DNA of 64,000 nucleotides, taken from assembly GCA_018238545.1 (NCBI GenBank), contig JABCTC010000013.1, positions 18,233 to 82,232 of the forward strand, in the 5' to 3' direction. The notes beneath the pieces were generated by a model that worked only from the letters and a program-made list of their open reading frames with translations, was not told the DNA's origin and did no database searches. Numbering within the stretch: the first letter of the stretch is position 1; the number at the start of each line of letters is the position of its first letter. Both the position numbers and the translations under genes were made by a program. The DNA is from Candidatus Heimdallarchaeota archaeon (GTDB lineage: Archaea; Asgardarchaeota; Heimdallarchaeia; Heimdallarchaeales; Heimdallarchaeaceae). Positions 28,729 through 38,604 of the stretch are shown one piece after another.

Positions 28729-30516
28729 GTGATCATCATCCAAGTTAAATTAATTTCTTACCCTGAAGAAGCAGAGTTAATAGCAAAAATGGCCGGGTTA
28801 ATATGCTATTCCGGCGAGAAGGTTTTCGAAGAGATAAAGGATAAAGCTGCCCTTAAAACTGATGAGTATCTTGAAGCAATAATAAAATCTGGTCACTTAT
28901 CAATATTAGAACACAATGTTTTTGTTTTCTATGTTACAGGAATAAGTAGAGCTTGCTACGATAAGAAAACGGAAGTATATACTAAGGATGGGTGGAAGTT
29001 CTTTGAGAATCTAAAGAAAGAAGATTTGTTTCTGACACGTGATATAAATGGATCTGTCGAGTTTCAAAGTGCAGAAAGATTCATTAAATACAAGTATCAT
29101 GGAAAAATGCATCATTACACATCACAAAATTTCGATTTGGTTGTTACACCAGATCACAATCTACTCTTAAGGAGATACGAACTCAAAAAAGGTGAGAATA
29201 GAGAGTTTAAGCTACAAAAATCAAATGATTTTCCACAGCAGAGAATGACTATGGACAAAAGGATTCGTCATACTGTAGAAATGGATGATTATTTTATAGT
29301 TAAGGGATACAACTATGTCAGAAAAAACAAAATAGGTAAGGATTATACAGTATCGACCCCAGATTTAATGCTAAAACGAAAGTACTTCATGCAGTTTTTA
29401 GCTTGGTATTTATCCGAAGGTAGCTTATATTACAATCCTAAAGAGAACAGTTACCGTATCGTAATATCCCAATCATCCGCAAAAAAGTCGAATCGTAAAG
29501 AAATTGAGGATGTAATTAGGAAATTAGGTTGTACTCCAACTATTTTACAAAATCAAATTGCTTTTAAAAATCAGACACTTGGAAAATTTCTGAAGGTTCT
29601 AGGAAAAAGTTTTGAGAAATATATTCCTTTGAATTTGTTCGAAGAATTCAATGATAAATATGCAAAACTATTTTTGGAAACTTATGTTAAAGGGGATGGT
29701 ACAAAAGAAAAAAATGGACATATGCGTATATATACAACTTCAACGAAGCTTGCGAATCAGATTCAAATCTTATGTTTCATAGCAGGGTATACGGGTAGCA
29801 TCTGGATTGACGATAGAATAGGATTAAAAAGGACTATTGGGAAAATTCACTTTGAAAATAAGAGAATATGTTATATCGTTTCTATATCCAAAGGAAAAAG
29901 AAATCGAACGCCTGTACTAAAGATGAACAAGCATTTCTCTGAAGTTTCCTATAATGATTATGTGTACTGTGTAGAAGTTCCTAAATTTAACACATTATTT
30001 GTAAGAAGGAATGGATTAGCTATTTGGTGTGGTAATTGTTCTCATCAATTGGTAAGAAAGAGAATAGCTAGTTTTTCACAGCAATCACAGAGATATGTTA
30101 ATGCGGAAAATTTTGAATATATCATTCCAGACGAAATCAATAAGTCAACTTTTGGAGAAAGATATAAGGAAATTGTAAATCAAACTCATGAACTTTATCA
30201 AGAGATGGTTAACAATGGCGTTCCAAAAGAGGACGCGAGATACATTTTACCTAATGCAACTTCCACCCAGCTAATAGTTTCTATGAATGGTCATTCACTA
30301 ATTGATTTACTAGTAAGAAGGATTTGTGAAAGAAGCCAGTGGGAGATTCGTGAGTTAGCGGAGAGGATGTTAGAGGAAGTAAAAAAGGTTGCTCCAGCAA
30401 TCTTCAAAAATCTTGGTGCATTTTGTGATTTCTATGGGTATTGCCCAGAAAATAGTCATTCGTGCGGAAGAATGCCTACAATAGATGAATTAAAAGAAAA
30501 AGCTTCTCTTAAATAG
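28729..30516 (+). CDS. thyX: Flavin-dependent thymidylate synthase, intein-containing precursor
   Basis: GHLSILEH, GISRA|CSHQLVRKRIASFSQQSQRY, EDARYILPNA, SQWEIR; exteins total 234 aa. Confidence 0.92.
   Translation: MIIIQVKLISYPEEAELIAKMAGLICYSGEKVFEEIKDKAALKTDEYLEAIIKSGHLSILEHNVFVFYVTGISRACYDKKTEVYTKDGWKFFENLKKEDLFLTRDINGSVEFQSAERFIKYKYHGKMHHYTSQNFDLVVTPDHNLLLRRYELKKGENREFKLQKSNDFPQQRMTMDKRIRHTVEMDDYFIVKGYNYVRKNKIGKDYTVSTPDLMLKRKYFMQFLAWYLSEGSLYYNPKENSYRIVISQSSAKKSNRKEIEDVIRKLGCTPTILQNQIAFKNQTLGKFLKVLGKSFEKYIPLNLFEEFNDKYAKLFLETYVKGDGTKEKNGHMRIYTTSTKLANQIQILCFIAGYTGSIWIDDRIGLKRTIGKIHFENKRICYIVSISKGKRNRTPVLKMNKHFSEVSYNDYVYCVEVPKFNTLFVRRNGLAIWCGNCSHQLVRKRIASFSQQSQRYVNAENFEYIIPDEINKSTFGERYKEIVNQTHELYQEMVNNGVPKEDARYILPNATSTQLIVSMNGHSLIDLLVRRICERSQWEIRELAERMLEEVKKVAPAIFKNLGAFCDFYGYCPENSHSCGRMPTIDELKEKASLK
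28954..30036 (+). mobile_element. Intein with LAGLIDADG homing endonuclease (361 aa) in thyX
   Basis: Starts CYDKKTEVYTKDGW; block B VTPDH; endonuclease blocks LAWYLSEG and YVKGDG; ends VYCVEVP...IWCGN followed by Cys+1. Confidence 0.93.
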
Positions 30517-30521
30517 TGTTA

Positions 30522-31355
30522 TCAACTGATGTTTTCGATGCCATCTTCAGTTGCTTCTGTATCAGAGTTTTTCTCTTGTTGTCGATTATCTTGTGTATCC
30601 ACATCCACAATCTTAGGTAGAATTGCGTTGGTTCTAATTAATAAAACAGAATATATTATGGCTACTAAGATCAAAGAAGGACGAATTATATATTCAGCTA
30701 AGGAATCTTCAGGGATGAGATAAAAGATCATTAAAGCATAAAGGGCAGCAAGGGCAGCGAAAATAATCAATAGCATAAAGGGCCACAACATCCTTCTAAA
30801 TAATACAATCCATTTTTGCAATGTTTTTATTCCTTCAGGAGATATGTATTCAAAATCAGTTTTTATCAAATTGTCCTTATATTGCTGCACTTGTTCTCTT
30901 GTATACTTACTCCTTGTTTTTACAAATGGATGGTCTTGTTCTAAGTATTCCATATAATAAAATGTAGACAGAAAACGTAGACCTATACATAATCCTGCTA
31001 AGGATTGATATATTATGATATCAACTCTACCCAGAGTAGCGGGGAAAAACATTGAGTTTGGGTTAGCTAAAAGAAGAGATAATATTGTACCAAATATGAA
31101 GAAAAGTCCAAAAGTAACTTCAGAGGACAATTTCATTTGAGTTCCTTTGAAAAAATCTGTCATTAATATTACTACACCAAGAACCAACCAAATTGCGAAG
31201 ATGTAGATATTCAAACTAAAAGCTGATTGGATAATAATTAAACTGACAGCTAAAGCTCCGAAGAGATGATGGGCACCTGCGATGAAAGTGGAGCCTAGAG
31301 CTGTCAAAGAAGTTAGTTCCCAATCTTCTTCAAATACTTTATCTCTTATTCTCAT
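30522..31355 (-). CDS. Polytopic membrane protein, last gene of MoxR cassette B
   Basis: ~6 TM segments, acidic tail; ATGA overlap with the DUF58 gene. Confidence 0.72.
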   Translation of the reverse strand: MRIRDKVFEEDWELTSLTALGSTFIAGAHHLFGALAVSLIIIQSAFSLNIYIFAIWLVLGVVILMTDFFKGTQMKLSSEVTFGLFFIFGTILSLLLANPNSMFFPATLGRVDIIIYQSLAGLCIGLRFLSTFYYMEYLEQDHPFVKTRSKYTREQVQQYKDNLIKTDFEYISPEGIKTLQKWIVLFRRMLWPFMLLIIFAALAALYALMIFYLIPEDSLAEYIIRPSLILVAIIYSVLLIRTNAILPKIVDVDTQDNRQQEKNSDTEATEDGIENIS

Positions 31356-32734
31356 GATGCTCGCCTCATTGCTTCTTGAACCAGTCTCTGTGTTGGAGAA
31401 TATTTTTTCATTAATCTGAATAATGATAGGATGATATTATCGTCATATCCAAATACATCCACATAATCTCCACGAATTGAATACAGGAGTTGACGTAATT
31501 CAATTTCCCTCTTTCTATATTCATCACTCACAATACTTGGAAAAACATCTTGTAATATTTCTCCATAATTCATATCTTCTGTCCTATCCAACATCCAATC
31601 TTGTGAGGATAAGATATTGAAATGCATGGTAGCAAAATTAACAAAAATCACCCTACTCCCCATGGTTTGGAGAAGATGTATGCCTTGCAGTTTTTTTACT
31701 AAATCTCCTTCTAAATCCGAAAATATTATAGCGATAGAATGCAAAACATTATTGTTTTTGGTAAATTTAACAGCGTTAAGGAAACTACTATGAACACCAG
31801 TAGCTTCAATATCATATAGGTTGAGCATAAGTCTTAGCTCATGTTTTCCTACTTGTGGTATTATGTATTTTTGCACATTTTCGGAATAAGCAACCACGGC
31901 CAAATCATGATTGGTGCCTTTAATCAGCGAACATAATTCTACTACTGAAGATAACGCGTACTCGAACTTGGGTCCAAACATTGTACTGCTAAGATCCAGA
32001 TAAATCAAGAAGTGCAAGTTTCTTTGGTCTTCAAATTCTCTTGAAATCAATTTATCATGTCTCGCAGTTGCATACCAATCAATATGTTTTAGTTGATCTC
32101 CGGGTAAATAATCTCGAAGCGCAAAAAATTCATCACCTCGTCCCTTTACTCTTTGAGCAAATTCATGAACCATTTTCAACAATAGTTCTTTCTTTGTCTT
32201 CCATGGAATATTAATACGCGGCCTCTGTGGCAGTATCTTGATTTGTTGTGTATCTTTCAGTATTCGCTTATGTTTGAAGAGATACTGGAATGAACCAACG
32301 GAAATTTCAATAGGACCAATTTCTCCATTTCCTCTTCTAGAGGCAAGCAATAACCAAACAATTTTCGTCTTCTTTTGTGGAAGTAATTTGATTAGTATTG
32401 TCTCTGGTTTGTCTATACTCTTAAAATGGAATGAAAAACGAAGACTAATTTTCGTGAGAATTGTTCTTCTAGATGGGTTTGTCAATTCAACTGCTACAGC
32501 TAATAAACCTCTACTTCTCATAAAATCCTTTGAACAACTCATTTTTGTATTGAAAGAATAAGTATGTGAAAATATGAAAGAAATAAAAGTGGAAGTAATA
32601 ACTACTAAGAATAAAACACCAGGAACTATAAGAAGTAAAGTATCTATTGCTAAGCCTATTATCACAAATAGACTACCGAATAGAATGAAAATTTTACCAT
32701 TCTTTGTAAGTTCAAAGTGTCTTTCTTCTTCCAT
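31352..32734 (-). CDS. DUF58 family vWA-domain membrane protein
   Basis: GRGDEFFALRDYLPGDQLKHIDWYATAR, SREFED, DLSSTM, IFSDLE. Confidence 0.9.
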   Translation of the reverse strand: MEEERHFELTKNGKIFILFGSLFVIIGLAIDTLLLIVPGVLFLVVITSTFISFIFSHTYSFNTKMSCSKDFMRSRGLLAVAVELTNPSRRTILTKISLRFSFHFKSIDKPETILIKLLPQKKTKIVWLLLASRRGNGEIGPIEISVGSFQYLFKHKRILKDTQQIKILPQRPRINIPWKTKKELLLKMVHEFAQRVKGRGDEFFALRDYLPGDQLKHIDWYATARHDKLISREFEDQRNLHFLIYLDLSSTMFGPKFEYALSSVVELCSLIKGTNHDLAVVAYSENVQKYIIPQVGKHELRLMLNLYDIEATGVHSSFLNAVKFTKNNNVLHSIAIIFSDLEGDLVKKLQGIHLLQTMGSRVIFVNFATMHFNILSSQDWMLDRTEDMNYGEILQDVFPSIVSDEYRKREIELRQLLYSIRGDYVDVFGYDDNIILSLFRLMKKYSPTQRLVQEAMRRAS

Positions 32735-32755
32735 TTGAAATCTCTGCCTTTTGTT

Positions 32756-33700
32756 TCATATCACAACTTCTACATCTGAAAGAATATTTTCAATAATCTC
32801 AGAAATTCGGATTTGTTCGATTTCTGCCTCTGGAGAGAGCATCAATCTATGGTTCATAACAGGATAGAATATAGATTTGATATCATCAGGTTCAACAAAA
32901 TCTCTCCCCCTAATTGCAGCAATAGACCGACTCAAAGTAAGTAAAGCTATTGAACCCCTTGGACTTGCTCCAAGTGCTAAGGAAGGAATCGAACGTGTTG
33001 CAATTACTAGTTTTGCAATATACTCAAGAATCTGGTTACTTACAGTTACGTTTTTCTCAATTTCTGTTATTAATTTGAGAATGGTTTTTTGATCAGTAAC
33101 TATCTCAATATCTGCAAACATCTTTTCTCTCTTTTTAACAAGCATCTCAACTTCTCCATTAAGAGAAGGAGGATAAACAGGAATCTTAACTAAAAATCTA
33201 TCAATCTGAGCTTCTGGAAGAGGATAGACTCCTGTACTTTCGATTGGGTTCTGAGTTGCTATAACCATAAATGGTTCCGGAAGCTTGAACGTTTGATTAC
33301 CTGAAGAAACTTGTTTCTCCTGCATTGCTTCTAACAAAGCTGATTGTGTTTTGGGTGGCGCTCTGTTTATTTCATCTGTAAGTAGTATACTGGTGAAAAC
33401 TGGTCCTTCAATGAATCTAAAGGAACTTGTTTCTCTTTCGTATATGTTACCTCCTGTGATATCAGCTGGCATCAAATCGCTTGTAAACTGAATTCTTTTG
33501 AAACCCATTTTGATAACTTCAGCTAAAGTACTAGCCATCAATGTTTTTGCTATTCCCGGGACACCTTCTAGCAGAACGTGTCCTTCACTTAGAAGAGAAG
33601 CAAACATCAGTTCGATAACATTTTCATTACCCACTATTCGTTTTTTCATTTGTTCCATTATTTTTTCAAAAATATCTTTTGCTTCTTGCACTTTTGTCAT
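32756..33700 (-). CDS. moxR: MoxR family AAA+ ATPase (second copy)
   Basis: GHVLLEGVPGIAKT, RIQFTSDLMPAD, DEINRAPPKTQSALLEAMQE, YPLPEAQIDRF. Confidence 0.96.
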   Translation of the reverse strand: MTKVQEAKDIFEKIMEQMKKRIVGNENVIELMFASLLSEGHVLLEGVPGIAKTLMASTLAEVIKMGFKRIQFTSDLMPADITGGNIYERETSSFRFIEGPVFTSILLTDEINRAPPKTQSALLEAMQEKQVSSGNQTFKLPEPFMVIATQNPIESTGVYPLPEAQIDRFLVKIPVYPPSLNGEVEMLVKKREKMFADIEIVTDQKTILKLITEIEKNVTVSNQILEYIAKLVIATRSIPSLALGASPRGSIALLTLSRSIAAIRGRDFVEPDDIKSIFYPVMNHRLMLSPEAEIEQIRISEIIENILSDVEVVI

Positions 33701-34983
33701 TTAAATCGTCCTCTTTTTTGTATCTCTTCAAGCATTTTGAAGAGTGAAAGGAAAGTTTTTTGATCTAATTTCCTTTTAAACGCTATTTCGAATAACTCTT
33801 TTTCCTCCTCTGTGAATTTCTCCAATTGAATATAACTTGCCTTTTTTGTAAGATAATACTGATACGCTTTCTTAGGATAAAGCTCATACTGGAAATACAA
33901 GTTTGATAGAAACTGTTCTTCAATCGTTGGTTTTATTGGAGATCCATAAGTATCGTACAACTCCCTCTCCCTTGACCAGATCCTATCTGATAAAAATTTC
34001 TTATAAGTTTCCTTTGGTTTGAATGTTTCTCTAAATCTTGGAGTGAAATAATATAATGTTAAAACAACCAAAACAAGTAAGAAAATAAAGACTTGTGTTT
34101 TTGATAACAGAATTATTGTTCCATAAGATTGGTTAATCATCCCCTCAGTTGTTGAAAAGGGCCATCTTTTATGACTTTCCTCAAAACAGACAAGTCTTTC
34201 TTCTCCTGAAGAATAATACCCAATAAGATAGAGTGCGAGATTAATATTCCCAAAACCTTGACTATAAAGATCGTTAGTTAGAAAACTTGGAGAAGAAATA
34301 ACAATAACGAATCCAAGCCCTCTTTTGAGAACTGTACCTACTTGCAAACTTGCTGTAGGTTCAGAATCAATATTCCAAATACCATCTTGGCTCTCGTCTA
34401 GAAATGCGGTGCTATAGGTACTTATCCCAAGGAGTTCTGTCTGTGTTGAACTCTCTGCTATAAAAGACAGTTCTCTAGCTTCTATCATGCATAGGCTAGT
34501 GTTTGTTTCAATTGGTGAATTTAACATTATTATTTCTGGTGTTTTATAATAATAGGTTGTTTCTAATATGGTTGAACTAGAAAGAAAAACTCCGAAGTGT
34601 TTTGCTAGAATATTGGTAGGACCAGAGCCAGCCAATATTACTGCTAAACCCCCCTGTAAAATAAAACCATCTATTGCTAATATTTCTGAATCCCGATAGT
34701 TCTTTGAGCCCCCAGCTATAATAAGAGTTGATGATTTTGGAAGTTTAATAATAGGGTCTGTTGATAATATCGTTCTTGTAGTATTGTAACCAGATTCAAG
34801 AAGTAAACTATTGAAATATGACATTCCACCAGGTCCTGTATTGTTTATAGAATATGGAGGTTGTCCGCTTGTGATGTTGATACTAAGGGGGAGAATGATT
34901 ACTAAGAATATTAGTAAGGTTTGGATAAGCATTTTGAACAATGGAGAATATTTCTTTGAAAATATAACAGGTGTAAGCTTCAT
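33697..34983 (-). CDS. DUF4350-like membrane-anchored protein
   Basis: YSINNTGPGGMSYF, FILQGG, VISSPSFLTN, VCFEESH; N- and C-terminal TMs. Confidence 0.75.
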   Translation of the reverse strand: MKLTPVIFSKKYSPLFKMLIQTLLIFLVIILPLSINITSGQPPYSINNTGPGGMSYFNSLLLESGYNTTRTILSTDPIIKLPKSSTLIIAGGSKNYRDSEILAIDGFILQGGLAVILAGSGPTNILAKHFGVFLSSSTILETTYYYKTPEIIMLNSPIETNTSLCMIEARELSFIAESSTQTELLGISTYSTAFLDESQDGIWNIDSEPTASLQVGTVLKRGLGFVIVISSPSFLTNDLYSQGFGNINLALYLIGYYSSGEERLVCFEESHKRWPFSTTEGMINQSYGTIILLSKTQVFIFLLVLVVLTLYYFTPRFRETFKPKETYKKFLSDRIWSRERELYDTYGSPIKPTIEEQFLSNLYFQYELYPKKAYQYYLTKKASYIQLEKFTEEEKELFEIAFKRKLDQKTFLSLFKMLEEIQKRGRFK

Positions 34984-35774
34984 TGTTCATCTTCCTCGCT
35001 AATTCGTTGAATAATTTCGATATCTGTTTGAGCCGCACTCAAACCTTTTACTGCTTCAAGATCTCTGATGAAATCCAACAAATCTTTCCTTTTCATCTGT
35101 TGTTTTTTATATCTTGCAACATAGAAAGTTTGTATCATTGAATTTAAGTAGGGAAGAATATTTGGCAAATCAAGTGACTTTGCAAATTCCTTGGGTGTAA
35201 GGTAAGTTTCTCTGCTTATCCCTAGAATTTTCTTCATGTTCTCATCAAGTTGATGATAACCGAAAATTATACCTTCCGTATATTTTCCTTCTCTCAAATA
35301 TTCTCTAAGTACTTCCGTAAGTGTTCTTATTTGTGTTCTGAATTTTTCTCTTCGAGATTGAAGTGTACTTCCTGTAACAATGGATCTAGGCGCAGACCTA
35401 GTTTCCTCAGTCTTTCTTCTAAGAAATAGAAAAACGATTATGAGTACTATAATTACTGCAACAGTTATGGGAATAACTTGAGCGGGGACAAGTCCCTCAC
35501 TTCCACCTTGTGGATTATTGGGTGGAACAGTAGGAGTATTAGTTGGATATGGGGGAGTAGAGGGGTCAGTTGTAAGAGGGTCTGTTGTGGGGGCAGGAGG
35601 AGAGAAAGAAGTGGTAGAAAGCGTACTTATAGAATAATCATCGATACCGTAGTATGTTTCTTGAGTACTGTTTACTAAGATAAATATTAGTATACAAGCG
35701 AGAATTATAAACAACCTAATATTAATAAATTTCTTGAAATCAATCTTCACTTGTATCACCTTTTTGAACTTCAT
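34980..35774 (-). CDS. Membrane protein with Pro/Thr linker and cytoplasmic DUF4129-like domain
   Basis: PPAPTTDPLTTDPSTPP linker, TM, RETYLTPKEF...FYVARY. Confidence 0.75.
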   Translation of the reverse strand: MKFKKVIQVKIDFKKFINIRLFIILACILIFILVNSTQETYYGIDDYSISTLSTTSFSPPAPTTDPLTTDPSTPPYPTNTPTVPPNNPQGGSEGLVPAQVIPITVAVIIVLIIVFLFLRRKTEETRSAPRSIVTGSTLQSRREKFRTQIRTLTEVLREYLREGKYTEGIIFGYHQLDENMKKILGISRETYLTPKEFAKSLDLPNILPYLNSMIQTFYVARYKKQQMKRKDLLDFIRDLEAVKGLSAAQTDIEIIQRISEEDEQ

Positions 35775-36744
35775 CTATTACTAGTTTGCTTTGACGAAGG
35801 AAAGCGTAAATTTTGCACAAAGGCCAATATCTGCTTATGCACACTTGATACTTATGAGCTGCTGTAAGATATCCCAAATAAGCGCATCTTCCATCTTCAT
35901 AATATATACAAGTATCAGTTTTTACTCTCCTTAGGATTAAATTAACTGTTCTATTCAGATAGACCATCGATAAAGCACTAAATTGTCTTTCGCTTCTTTT
36001 TGGAGGTTCGTCCAGATCGAAGATTGTTTTAACAGACAATGGCATATCTGGCAAAAGAAGATGTGAGTAAGACACCTTTGAACCTTTCTTGGTCGTTGAT
36101 ATACCAGATAGAAGTTTACCTAACTGAATACCAATTGCACCTCCAAGTCCACTTACTATTGTTAGCGAAAATGCAAAGATGATCAGAAAGCCTAAGAAGT
36201 AATTACTTGCGAAGAATGCGGAGACATTTGTAGAGCCTAATGAAGTAAATAGAACTATTTGAGAGAGGTAAAGAAGAATAAAAAAGAGAAGAGAAAAAAC
36301 AACAGTTGGAATGATGAGATCGTGAGCTTCTTCTCTCCACATAATTCCTACAATTATACCAGAAAGGAGAAAGGGGATGAAAGCTGTAATCATATAATTT
36401 GTGATTAATTCGAAAGCGTCTGTTCCTTCAAACGCAAATGTAAAGGGTAGAATCAAAATGGTATCAGGAGACCAAATAACAGTAGTTATAGTGAAAAGCT
36501 TCTGGAGTATATGATAAAGGACACCAAAAAATATCGAAAAACCATATCCAATTGCCATGTAAGTTGAGATTCTTAGAATAAGTTTTGTGATATACTCACG
36601 TTTTCCGCTATTTTTTAGATGAGGAAAAACCAATTTGAACATTACTCCCCTTAAAGTCATCTTGAGGGGAGGGGTACCTCCTTCAACCTTTGGACCACGA
36701 TCAACAGGAAGGGGAGGGCGTCGGCTAATTACCATATTATTCAC
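35740..36744 (-). CDS. Multi-pass membrane protein with C-terminal four-Cys motif
   Basis: 4-5 TMs; CIYYEDGRC...CISRYWPLC. Confidence 0.72.
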   Translation of the reverse strand: MNNMVISRRPPLPVDRGPKVEGGTPPLKMTLRGVMFKLVFPHLKNSGKREYITKLILRISTYMAIGYGFSIFFGVLYHILQKLFTITTVIWSPDTILILPFTFAFEGTDAFELITNYMITAFIPFLLSGIIVGIMWREEAHDLIIPTVVFSLLFFILLYLSQIVLFTSLGSTNVSAFFASNYFLGFLIIFAFSLTIVSGLGGAIGIQLGKLLSGISTTKKGSKVSYSHLLLPDMPLSVKTIFDLDEPPKRSERQFSALSMVYLNRTVNLILRRVKTDTCIYYEDGRCAYLGYLTAAHKYQVCISRYWPLCKIYAFLRQSKLVIDEVQKGDTSED

Positions 36745-38445
36745 CTATAAAATTACCAATCTTACTCCTTTTGATGTTTTTAATAGGAAGTAAACACTTG
36801 CAGAAACTAATACAAGTGTGCATAACATACCTATGATTCCATAGACCATATGTAAGATAGTGATTATCAAAAGTAATGAAAAAACTATCATATACAAAGA
36901 GGTCACGATTATTGATATAGCGACAATTGAAAGAAGGTTTATTGAACTTATAATAGCTTTCACTCTATTCTTTTTGTATCTGTGCCATACCACGGTTACG
37001 AATATTGCAATTATAATAGAAAGTAAGAATAGAGTATAACCAAGGAAAGATACTGTATCTTCAATAGTTGCAAATGTAAAAATAAAACTTATTAACATCC
37101 CAACAGCCAGAATACGAGTAAACCCAACTGCGATTGATGAGTAAAATGGTGGAGAGGAGGAACTCATCTTTTCATATAATGCATCAACTTCTGTTCCACA
37201 GGACCAGCAAATACGTGTAAATGACGGCAGTACTTGATTGCAATTTCGACACTGTATTTTAGGGAAGGACCAACAATTCAGACAAAATTGACCATTATAT
37301 ACTGGTGTTCGGCATTGTGAACACACCATTAAATTAGTTTTTTCATCATAAAGAGGTTCTATTTCTTTCATTTTCTCAAGATTTTCCTTTGAATGATGTA
37401 ACTGAGATGAAGTATCTGAACATTCTTTCCCAATGTGTTGAGTAAAACATTTAGGACAAAAGCTAGGGACATAAAAAATTACCACCAAAATAAATATCCC
37501 AAACAAAGCATAAGATAAAATCCCTAGGATGGAATAGATTAGCGACACGGTTTCCACATTTGTGTTAAATTTTGTATTGTAATTCCACAAACTATGGATA
37601 AAAATGCTTAGAGCTAGAAACAGTATAACTACTATAGCTCTCGTGAATTTTGGAAGCTTATTGCGATATAAGAATGCCAACCCTAAACCTGTAGCAGCCA
37701 ACATAGTTGTTACAGTGTGTAAAGGGTAGATGCATCGTTTAAGAACTAATAAATCAATAACTGTTTCAGGTGAAGAAGATCGAGAATAGGAAAGAAATTG
37801 TTCAAATAAATCAAACCAAGCTCCAAAAAAACCACCTACAATAACAAAAATTCTGAATGAGGGGGTAAGCCTAGTGTGAATCGATCGTTTAGAGTTGAGA
37901 TTCAATCTTACATAGTTTCCTAGCAAGATAATTATGGGGAAAATCTTAGCTATTTCTTCAACTATAGGGATAATAAATACGTAGAAGATATAATGTATGA
38001 TATGATACACTTCAGGAAATGAATCTATCGATGAGAAAAACCCAGAAATAATGGAAACTAGAGTAAAAGACTTGTTCTCTATGACTACAGCAAAATAAGC
38101 TGAAAGAACCCCCATCACCAAGAGAAGAGAAAAGAGTTTCTTAATTAATTTGGTTTCAAGTTGAGTGCTTGTTATACTAAATAGTAAATAAAGGCAGGCT
38201 ACCCAAAGAATGAAGAATACAATAATTAGGAGAATTATAAGAATTGGAAAATAGATAGAAGTTTCATATTTAATAACAAAAGTTACTAGGAAATAAGCCA
38301 GAATTGCTATTACAGCTAAAATTGAGATTTTAGCTAGTGTTGAGAAACTCAAGATGCGTTTGTGTATTGGTTCAACAATTAACAAATCTTCAACTGAAGG
38401 AACTGATTTTTTTTTCTTAGCTGAAATATGAATCATTGTTTCCAA
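36745..38445 (-). CDS. PrsW-family intramembrane glutamic protease fused to zinc ribbons and extra TMs
   Basis: VEEIAK, FDLFE, LH, IHSLWN motifs; CPKC, CSQC/CLNC, CRNC/CWSC. Confidence 0.85.
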   Translation of the reverse strand: METMIHISAKKKKSVPSVEDLLIVEPIHKRILSFSTLAKISILAVIAILAYFLVTFVIKYETSIYFPILIILLIIVFFILWVACLYLLFSITSTQLETKLIKKLFSLLLVMGVLSAYFAVVIENKSFTLVSIISGFFSSIDSFPEVYHIIHYIFYVFIIPIVEEIAKIFPIIILLGNYVRLNLNSKRSIHTRLTPSFRIFVIVGGFFGAWFDLFEQFLSYSRSSSPETVIDLLVLKRCIYPLHTVTTMLAATGLGLAFLYRNKLPKFTRAIVVILFLALSIFIHSLWNYNTKFNTNVETVSLIYSILGILSYALFGIFILVVIFYVPSFCPKCFTQHIGKECSDTSSQLHHSKENLEKMKEIEPLYDEKTNLMVCSQCRTPVYNGQFCLNCWSFPKIQCRNCNQVLPSFTRICWSCGTEVDALYEKMSSSSPPFYSSIAVGFTRILAVGMLISFIFTFATIEDTVSFLGYTLFLLSIIIAIFVTVVWHRYKKNRVKAIISSINLLSIVAISIIVTSLYMIVFSLLLIITILHMVYGIIGMLCTLVLVSASVYFLLKTSKGVRLVIL

Positions 38446-38604
38446 CTCTTTTTCTTTTATAGGTTCATAGCTTATTTAGAGAAATGTCATCTTCGCGTCT
38501 AAGGTCAGTAATATTAAACACTTAAAACCTTTTATGCAAATCATAGCTATCACTAAGAAAATAAAAATAGGTAGAAGAACTAGTTCGTCTTCTTATCATT
38601 TTGT

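Noticed and set aside
35520-35610. G-rich, repeat-like stretch
   Set aside because: It encodes the Pro/Thr linker (TTDP x2) of the DUF4129 membrane protein on the - strand; not a DNA repeat element or RNA gene.
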